Part shown: positions 55,312 to 64,000 of the stretch, piece by piece
Layout: each line of letters starts with the position of its first letter
Numbering within the stretch: the stretch's first letter is position 1
NCBI GenBank assembly: GCA_965178125.1
Contig: OZ237750.1
Coordinates: forward strand, 868,001-932,000
DNA length: 64,000 nucleotides
From: Bilabrum cf. latius
Lineage: Eukaryota
Reading direction: 5' to 3'
Notes under the pieces: model-generated
Told to the model about the DNA's origin: nothing
The model's database searches: none
The model's input: only the letters and a program-made list of their open reading frames with translations
Translations under genes and position numbers: made by a program

Positions 55312-58300
55312 TCACTCGGGCAGGGACAGCAGCAGCGCCGCCGACCGGCACACCCAGTGCTTGGGCTCGAAGGCCGTCGGCAGCCGCACGCTCACCACAA
55401 AGTTCGTGCTGATGCCAGTCGTGCTCAGGGTCCCCGCCCTCTCCGGTGTCTTGTACACGGGGCACTCATACCGGAACAGCCCATCCCTCGCGGGGATGGG
55501 GGCCTCCACGGAGGACGCCCTAATGTCCTCCGCAGCCTCCTCGGCCTCGACGATGCCAGCAGCCGCAGCGGCGCGAGCCGCCTGCACGTCCATCGCAGAC
55601 ATCCTTCCGCCGGCCCCGCCGTGGCCAACCAAGCCAGCCCCGCCGCGAGGAGTCACCCCAGGCACGGCCCCAGCGAAAAACACCCTCCGGCCTCCACCGC
55701 GACGAGTGCTGGCGCCGCCCGCGATGCCTCCCGCCTTGCCGGTGGCTGCACCCCCTCCCGCGGTGTTGATGATGTTGGCTGCGGCCGTGCTGTCTGGAAC
55801 CGCCAGTCCCGCCGCGCGCGCGGTGCGTAGGGCGCGGATGTTGCGGGTCGTCTGAGGCGGTTTGTTGGGTGGTTTGGGCCTGCCCGCCTCCCCGCCGGCG
55901 CCCGGCGTCTCCCCTCCCGTCCCGTCCAAATTCAAGCCGGCCGCCTCCGCCATCTCGTCCAGCTCGGCTTCTCTGCGCTTGGCCTCCCCCGCTTCGTCGT
56001 GGTCGTCCTCCTGCCCCGGCAAGGCGGCCATCCCCGACGTCCCGGCCTTGGGGATGCCGTCGCCGGCACCCTGCGGCAGGCCCGCGGGGTCTACCACGCG
56101 GGGGATGAAGAAGACAGCTGGCATCTTCGAGTAGAGCTGCCCGGGGCGCGCCTCCACGAGACAAGACTCCGCCTCGTTCCACGCGGCTCCTCCGTCCAGG
56201 TACAGCCCAGTGACGATGACGCCGTCGCCCCCCACTGCATCCGGGTCCTCGCTCTCGTCGTCCTCCGCCTCGAAGTCGTCGCTGTCCTCCGAGTCGGACT
56301 CGATCTCGAGGGGCTCGCTGCCCCGCTGCTCGTCGGCCTGCTGCGCTTCCAGCACCTCCTTCTTGCGCAGCACGCGGAACTTGAACGAGAAGTCCAGCGT
56401 GTTGATCGGCAGCATGTACCGCCGCGCGTGCCTCTGCAGCACCGCCGTCAAGAAGCCCTGGGGGAAGAAGAGCGCGCCCAGCTGGAACACCCTCGGCTGG
56501 CCGCGGGTCAGCCACAGCCGCAGGAAATGCACGCGAGACTGCAGGTCCGCGAGCCACGAGGCAAGCGGCTTGAGGGACGGATAACCCACATCCTTCCACT
56601 GCTGAGGCACAGCGTTGTTGCTCACGCACTCCAGCGCGCTCTCGAGCTCCGGTGACAGAGCCACCATGCCGCGCAGCGCTCCCTTCAGCTGAGCAAGCAC
56701 CTCGCGGACGGCCCCAAGCAGCGTGTTGTACTTGGTCAGCTCCTGCAACAGCACCACGGTCAGCGAGCCGTAGAGGCCACGCCTGCTCCTCCGCAGCACC
56801 ACGGGAGAGGCCTCGTCCAGGTCGAGGTCCTCGGGGAGCCTCTCTTCAAGGGAGACCAGGGCCTGCCACAGCACGGGGTCCGCGTCAGGCGGGGCCTCGT
56901 TCGGGTTCTCCTTCTTCGACCTCGCGCGGGAGGACCCCCCTCGAGGACTCGACGGGCCGCCGGCCCCGCTCCGTGCCCCACCTCGTGTACCGGACGCAGC
57001 CGCCGACGCGTGCTCGTCCGCGTCGGCAGCCGCCTGCCCGATGAACCCCATGGCCAGCGTGGTCTCGCAGAGATAACCGGCCTCACGGGTGCGGAACCGA
57101 ACAGCGGCATTCGCGTGCAGGCCAAACACCGAAGGCTCATCGTCGTCCGGCAGGCCCGCGAGATAGGCCCGCAGAACCCTGTGGTCGTCCTTACCCTCCA
57201 CAGACTGCACCCTCACGCCAGGGTGCCCCTCCGGGTCCGTGGAGCTCCGGCGAATGGCCCCTGTCGCCGCCGCAGCGTCCATCCCGTCATCGTCGTCATG
57301 CTCACCGCCGTGACTGCCATCCTCCTCGTCGCCAAACCCGAGGCCCACGGCACCGGAGAGCCCCGCAATCTCGCTGCTGCTCTTGCGCCTCTCTCGTGCC
57401 GCAGAGAAAACCTCCGCAGCCTTCGCCTTGGAAACCACCTCCCGGTCGTGCGCTGCAGGCGTGAATTCGTAGTCCTCCTCGCACACGGCATCCTCCCGCA
57501 TCACGTATCCCAGCAGCGTCAGGAGCAGCCGCCTATCCCAGTCGTCCGTCACCCGACCGCCGTACGAGATGTGCCCGATGACGTGCTTGGAGGCATCGAA
57601 GGGTACGCGGTCCACCACCTTGCTCAGGGCAGCCATGCCCGCCCTCTCCATCCGCTCGCGGGCCAGCATGGAGGGTGGATACCCCTCTGCCTGCTGCAGC
57701 AGCGACCGCAGCACCTCCAGGCCAGTCTCTAGATCTGAGTCGTTGAACTCGTACCGGATGTTCCACCCGAGAGGCCCGAACTTGCGCCGCTCCTACACCA
57801 CAGCGTGGAAGAAGCACAGCCCAAAAGCCAGTCGCTTCCAGACCTTCTCCAGCGGCAGCACATCGTGCGGAGGAAGCGCGGGCTTGATGTCCTGATCATC
57901 CATAGACACGCTCTCGCGGCGGGCCCGACGCGCCTTGCCACTCGGTGTGGGGGCCAGCTGCTGGGCAGGTGTCGCTGCAGAGACGTCGTCGTCCGCCCCG
58001 GCTCCGCTGGCTGCGGCATCGTCCCCGCCTTCCTGCGTTGAGACTCGGGGTCGCTTGGGAGCCGCGGGCCCTCCCTTGGGAATGGGCGCGAGGGTGCACT
58101 CCTCGAGCGCGTCAGGGGTGAGCATGAGCTGGAGGGAGCGCTGTAGATTGGCGCGCAGGCCCTTGGGCGGCTCGTTGGTCATCTTTACTGAGTTCTGCAG
58201 CACGCTCGTTGGGAAGTATGGCACTGGGAAGGAGGTGAGGAACACCCTGTAGCGAGGGTGCAAGGTGGCAGCCTTGCGCCGCTGCGAGGTCAGGATGCCC

Positions 58301-61300
58301 TCCAGACGGGGCAACCACGACTTGGCCAAGTGGCAGTTCTGCAGCAGCACCCAGTTCCCATCGGTGGCAGACTTTTGCAGCAGCACCTCAGCGCTGTGCC
58401 CCTGTCCCGCACCCAGCGATACGACGTGCGTGCGCGATGACATGCCCTCTGCCTCCGCGAACGCCAGCAGCCGCGAGGTGGGGTCAGCTCCCTGCGAGAG
58501 GATGAACACGCAAGGCGTCACGTTGTCTGTGTCCTTAAACACAGCAGCCATCGAGGTGGCGGGCGGGTTGACGAACTGCGGGCCCAGCACAGCACGCACC
58601 AGCATGGAAAGCGTGCGGAGTGCCCGGCTGGGCTGCAGCGCCCGAATTATCACCAGGCGACAGACCTCGTCCAGTCGAGTCGACCACCCGTCGGGTAGCA
58701 CGGGGACGGACGAGGCGTCGTGCTCGACGGAGGCGCGCCCGTTCGCACCCCTTCCTGCAGAATCTGCCCCTCGAATGCCTTCGAAGGGGTTGCCCCGCTC
58801 CGCCCACGCGTTCCACTCCAAAAATTTCTCGCGCATGCTAAGACTGAGGCCCTGCAGGCCTCGCAACCTGGCCCCATCGCTGGGCAGTTCCGTCATGACC
58901 TTGTGCCCGGCAGAGGCCTCTAGGGCAGCGATCATGTCCCAGGCTGCGTGTGACACCATCGCGCGCCCGTGCCTGCGCTTGCTCGCGCTGACGGGAGTGG
59001 CAGCAGCCGAGGGGGCGGACGATGCCTCTGGAGATCGAGGAGACGCGGGTGCCGATGCCGCCGCCCCGGTGGCCTTCGGACTGGATGGCTTGGGGCTTTC
59101 TGTCTATGCTTCCACGTCAGGAGACAGGCCAGGCCGCAGCGGGATCTTGCTGCGGTCCACCACGGCACCGCCGCGCAGCAGCAGCGCGGTCTGCTCCGGC
59201 CTGGCCCTCTTCGAGTCCAGCAGCAGCCGCAGCGAGGCGGCGAGAGCAAGCAGAATCTTGTCGCGCTCGAAAAGCCCCCTGCAGATGTTGAAGAAGACGG
59301 CCTCCGTCACGGCGCGCTGCAGCGCAGAGCACCTCTCCGCAGCGAGCGCCGCTCCCGCGCCGAAGTGCGGTACCGACGGGTCCCGCAGCGCCTTGCCGAA
59401 CAGGTTCACGAAAGACGGCAGGCTCACCTGGTACATGGGATCCACGGAGGCCATGTCCGAGGCACAGAAGAACAGAAGGGAGCCTCTGCGCGCCACCACC
59501 CTGTACCTGTCCCTGGCTTCGGCGATGTCCTGCTGGATCTGCTTGGAGTCCATCAACCTATCCCGGATGTACTTGCTCACGGTCTTGGCCTGGCTGAGGC
59601 TGTCAATGAGGACTTCGTCGTCCAGGATATCGTCGCCGGCCTCGCTGATCTGCTTGAGCACCGTGTCTTCCAGCTGCTGCCGCTCCCTTGAATCGCTGGC
59701 CAGTCGCTCCAGCACCTCACCCCTCCGCTTCTCCACCTCGGGCCGCTCGTGCTCCACAGTGATGGCCAGCAGCTGCTCCTCCAGCCCGCTCACGGTGACG
59801 CCAAAGTCGACCACGTTCACGGTGGTGCTCATCTCCGGCAGCAAGTGCGGGTTGGAGTGCCGAGTGGTGATGTACAGCCTGAAGTTGCCACTCACCAGCA
59901 CGTCTGTCTCACCCACTCGGATCGTGGCAGGGCCCATGGCTTCCCCGCCATCGTCGCCGCCACCACCGCCGGCGAGTGCGGCGGCCAGTCCCAGCGCGGC
60001 GCGCTCGCTGCCGCCCGTTGCGCCTACACTGGCCGCCGGCCGCGCCAGCACCGGTCCGAGGACGGAAGGCAGTGCAGTGCTGGCGTCCTCCAGCAAGAGC
60101 GCGCTACCGTGCTCCATGCACTGCTTGAGCACCTCGCCAAGGGCATTCTCTGCCGCCTCCACCGCAGATCGACCGCCCCCGCCACCTCGCCCTCCTCTCT
60201 TCTTCCTGGACCCTTTGCCCTTACCCGACTTGCCGCTCACCCCAGCTGCCACAACTCCACCCCTAGTTGAAGCCCCGGCTCCGCTCCCGTGGCCGCCAGC
60301 GCCCTTGCCTGAGTCCTCGGCCAGCGACACCACGACTACGTCTTGCCTGCCATCGCCGGCGGGCACCGACTCCATGTTGCGGATCCACCGCACGGCCTGT
60401 CCCTGCGGGTCGATGAGATAGGGCCAGCGAGAGATGCCCAGCGCCACAGAGTCGCCGGCCACTCCGCCAGACTGCTGCCCGAGCCCACCGGTGAGGCTGA
60501 TCCCAGAGATGCCAGGGTCTAGCGGGGGCAGCAGGTGCTGGAAAGATGGGGTGAAGTTCACCGCAGTGCCTGCCGCCTCAAGCGCCGCCAGCTGAGAGGC
60601 AGGCAGCGTGGCCACGATCTCTCTAGCTTCCTGGCTCTACAGCATCTCGGCCGCCGTTAGATTCTCCGCATCACCTTGGATGGCGCCTGCAGCACGCAAG
60701 CGATCCTCGGTCGCCCGGAAGGCCGCGCCGCTGACAACCCCGCGAGGCAAGCGCGGCAGCATGAGTACCTCATCATCCCCTGCAGCGGGGCCGATCAAGC
60801 CAGCTCCGGGAAGAGGGGGACCCAGCGACTGTGACGCCATCGCGATGATGCCGGAATCCGAGGACACGCTGTCGGCAGGCAGACCCTGCACGCCCCATGA
60901 CCGTATCTGCACGTCGGAGGCCAGCACGGTTCGCAGAGAGAAGTCTGCGCGCACTGGCAGCCCCCTTGCTCGCACTGCACTCAGCAATCCTCGCAGCATG
61001 GACGTCCGGCGGGCGCCGTCTAGTGGGCCGGCATAGACAATCATGGCAGTGGCCACGAGCATGTCTCCCACGGAAAGGTCGATTTCCCTCTTCATGACCT
61101 CGACTTCGTTGCGCCAGCGCTCGCCCTCCGATGAGATGCCCTCGGTCAGGCGCCCGGCACGCTGCAGCTTCTGCTTGATGGAAGCCAGCTCTGCTTGCAG
61201 CAGCTGCTTCTTCTCCTCGGCCTAGTCCACCTTGCGCCTGAGCGCCGCCACCGCGTCCTCCACCTCCCTCAGCTTGCCCTGCTTTTCGTCCAAGGCGCGG

Positions 61301-64000
61301 TTGGCGGCCCGGAGCTGCTCATTCAGCACGCGAACTTTCTCCTGCTTCGGCTTAACGTCGGCCGCGACTCGAGTGTAGTTCTCGATGGCGCGAGCCCACA
61401 TGCACAGACTCAGCGCGGCAGTTGACACTGTGCGCACCCTCTCCGGGTCGATGCGCCCGGCTGCAATCGCCTGTCTCACGATGCGCAACCGGCCGGCTGG
61501 GATATTGTCACGGTCATACGACCTGCGGAAACACAACGGCAGAGTGTATACGCAAGCATAAAGTAGGAGAACAGACGCATGCAGTGCTTTGTTGCGTACA
61601 ATAGCTTCATGAACTCACTCAAGACCTTTCAGGAATCCCTGTTTGCCGAGTACCTTCTTAGCAGTGTCCCAGCCCTGTGGTTCCCCTAGCAGCGCGTTCA
61701 CGGCATCCATCACGTTTCGCACGCCCTCTGGCGGCGAAGGGAATGATCGCAGCTCCACGATGTCCTTTGGCTCCAGAGCGTTGAGCGCCTACACGGCGGC
61801 CTGCGATAGAAATGAGATGGGCTCAGCAGTCGATATCAACATGGGTCAAGTTCGATGCGCGCAATCAAGGGCTCGGGCAAAGTAGGCTACGCTGCGAACG
61901 TCACACCGCATACACTTGGCAATCGGTGGGTCTATCGCCATGTCTATCTTACCTCAAGCTCTGGTAGCGCCTGATCCAGCTACCGCTGCGCCTCCTGCTG
62001 CACCATGGCAACCTGCTCGGCCTTGCCACGGACCACCTGCTCCTCGCGTGACACGATGGCGCGCTTCTCGGCAACGGACTCACTCTACTTTGCAAGTTGA
62101 GCTAGAAGCTCCTGCGTAGACCGCGCATTCTCCGCTAAAATGGGCTGTGTCTCGGTCATCTGGTCGCGCAGACGTACCACGGTCTCCTCCACGTTCTCCA
62201 GGCGGTGAATACCAAGAGTCAGGCGGTAGATAGCCGCGCGCTGCTCGCTACAGCGGTGGCTCAGCCTCGCAGCAAACATCTGCACCAGGTCAAGGAAGGC
62301 ACGCGGCGTCACGTACACACGCCGCTGCCGCCCGCCTTTCGCGGCGTCCCCACCGCCGGCGGTCTCACCGCGCAGACTCGCAGCCAGGTCAGCCGCTCGC
62401 GTGTGAATAGCCACGCAGGCGTCCACGAGCACGTGCCGCAGCCTCTCGTTGATTTCACTGCTAGATCGGAGGCCCTGTGCGAAGGGGGGCAGCAGCTCGG
62501 GTCGCTACAGCGTGTACTCGTCGTCCTCGAGCATCTCGCTGCTACCCATGTCCAGGCCCGTGGCGGCCGCGCTGCCAGCACCGAGCCCGGCAGCGAGCTC
62601 GCCCTTGCCCGCGTCTCGACTTTGGGCCTCTGGCTGCGCCCCGGGAATGTGAGGAGCAGGAATCGTAGAAGGGAGGCACACGAGGCGCAGCAGCCTCGTC
62701 CCGACCGACGACAGGGCTGCGCGCGGCCATTGCTCGAACCAGTCGATGCTGCAGCAGCTGAGCAGCGACGGGAAGGTCCTCAGTCGCCTCCTGAGCGTGG
62801 CGCCCACGGGAGAGGTGGCCAACAATATGTGAAGGTTGGCCCGCAGCCTCTCCACAAACGTAGCGTAGAGGTCGTTCTTCGCCGCTGCTTTGGCAAAGGC
62901 ATCCTCCTCGTCCTCATCGTCGTCGTCATCACCAATGTCATCGACCTTGCCTGCTGCGGCAGCCGCCTCCTCCTCAGCCTGCACCTTTTCCTCCAGCAGC
63001 TGCTACTCGTCCGCCAGCACCTGCCCCATGCGGCCGTAGATCATCTCCAGCTCATCCTGCTCCCACAGCCCGGGCACCTCGCCCTGATTCAGCACGCAGT
63101 TCACATCCTCAAAGAGCGCCTCCTCGCCCACCATGGCGTCAGGCAGCAGCATAACCGTCTTCTGCTTCTCCACCCCGGCCTTGAGCATCGCTGTCTTGAG
63201 CGACTCGCGGAAGGTTTCCACCGTGTACGGCACGCCACCTTCTCCTTGCACCACATCGCAACGAGCAATGTATGCGGCGAGGCGAGCCAGCGACTGCTTC
63301 CCGCTGCCTGCCACGCCCACGAGCATGGCATGCCCGCGCGGCTGCGACAGCACGCGGCACAGCCGCACCACGTGCTCGATGGCCCCCCGGAAAAACACCA
63401 ACTGCATGGGACTGCGCGGGTAGTCCAGGTTGTGATCCTGCAGGTAGGCATCCAGCAGTCGACCGAGCCGGCTGGGGTCCGGACACTCCTCGTACCTCAT
63501 CTGTGACTCGTCTTCACCCGGAGTGAAGAAAGACCCGAACACGAGAGGACCGATGGTCGCGCGCTGCGTCTCACCGGGCCTTCCCTTCCCGTGCGGTAGC
63601 TGCACGGAGCTCATCCCCGACACGGACGTGGCGGCGATGGATGCGCCATCTCCCATCGACCTCGGCTCAGCCTCCGAGCCTCCGTCGCCGGCACCCGGCT
63701 GGTCTCCAAGTACACCGAGTGCCTCGGGGCCGAAGAGATCCTCCCAAGTCCACGGGAGTCGGAAATACCGATGTAGCGTCTGGACGAGGGTCGTGGTGAA
63801 CCACGTACGGTCTTTCTCGCTGGCGAGCCTGTCGTGGAACAGCCTCATGCACTCGTGCATCCACAGTCGGGCCTGCACGGGGCCAGTCCCGCACTTTTCC
63901 GGCTGCCCCATCAAGATGCCCTTGAACACACCAGCCACGTCACGCAGGTTGAACATATAGTGTGCCTTGCTGGGCGTAGGCTTCATCTCTGCCGTTACCC
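55312..64000 (-). CDS. Axonemal dynein heavy chain, 3' part (AAA3 lid, AAA4, stalk/MTBD, AAA5, AAA6, C-terminal domain); 5' partial; introns 61801-61952 and 61523-61618
   Basis: PTPSKAHYMFNLRD, AAA4 P-loop GVAGSGKQS, FPSLLSCCSIDWF..WP, RWPYLIDPQGQA, FILSQGADP, GNWVLLQNCHL, TNEPPKGLRANL, YGGRVTDDWDRR, YECPVYKT..R.G.LSTTG.STNFV. TAG at 63003, 62505, 62085, 61980, 61789, 61222, 60637, 59104 and 57793; ends at TGA. Confidence 0.95.
61523..61618 (-). other. Spliceosomal intron (96 nt) in the dynein MTBD
   Basis: GTGAGT donor and tccgcAG acceptor. The phase-2 join gives FLKGLE-SYDRDNI. Confidence 0.85.
61801..61952 (-). other. Spliceosomal intron (152 nt) in the dynein stalk region
   Basis: GTAAGA donor and atcgcAG acceptor. 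The phase-0 join gives ALPELE-AAV*ALNAL. Confidence 0.85.

Noticed and set aside
57793-57795. A-to-I editing of UAG to Trp, or pyrrolysine/selenocysteine insertion
   Set aside because: Aligned residues are Gln, not Trp or Lys-derived, and TAG occurs in every gene type. U-to-C editing back to CAG cannot be excluded from DNA alone but is unlikely at this density in nuclear mRNA; RNA-seq would settle it.
28880-64000. Functional cluster of ciliary genes (DNAAF4 and dynein heavy chain)
   Set aside because: They are about 24 kb apart with unrelated genes between; chance co-location is plausible.

Overview
GC-rich, gene-dense nuclear DNA of a flagellated microbial eukaryote. It has spliceosomal GT-AG introns, an axonemal dynein heavy chain, DNAAF4, a two-pore channel, a formin and a TBC RabGAP. 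A stramenopile affinity is my inference from a giant ARM-repeat protein and the genome style. The main result is a non-standard nuclear genetic code. The supplied ORF track looks fragmented only because TAG was treated as a stop. Consecutive ORF pieces lie in one frame and are separated only by TAG (about 80 in-frame TAGs by my manual count over 15 genes), with no internal TAA or TGA in the reconstructed exons. Genes end at TGA (13) or TAA (2). TAG falls on a strongly conserved Gln of dynein ([17 protein letters not shown]) and on Gln columns of internal ARM repeats, so UAG=Gln while UAA and UGA remain stops, a rare uncoupling of UAG from UAA. With this code the window resolves into 15 genes: MGH1/GH63-like glycosidase (5' partial), GPI-type fasciclin protein, Cys-rich type I membrane protein, F-box/WD40 protein, TPC channel, TBC protein, formin, DNAAF4, a ~4050-aa ARM protein, three tandem orphan genes sharing a C-terminal motif, a lipid-anchored EF-hand-like protein, an ER DnaJ, and an axonemal dynein heavy chain (5' partial). 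Secondary items include a perfect 48-bp intergenic palindrome, a 200-bp near-identical duplication and coding microsatellites. All coordinates and counts were derived by hand; no searches were run.
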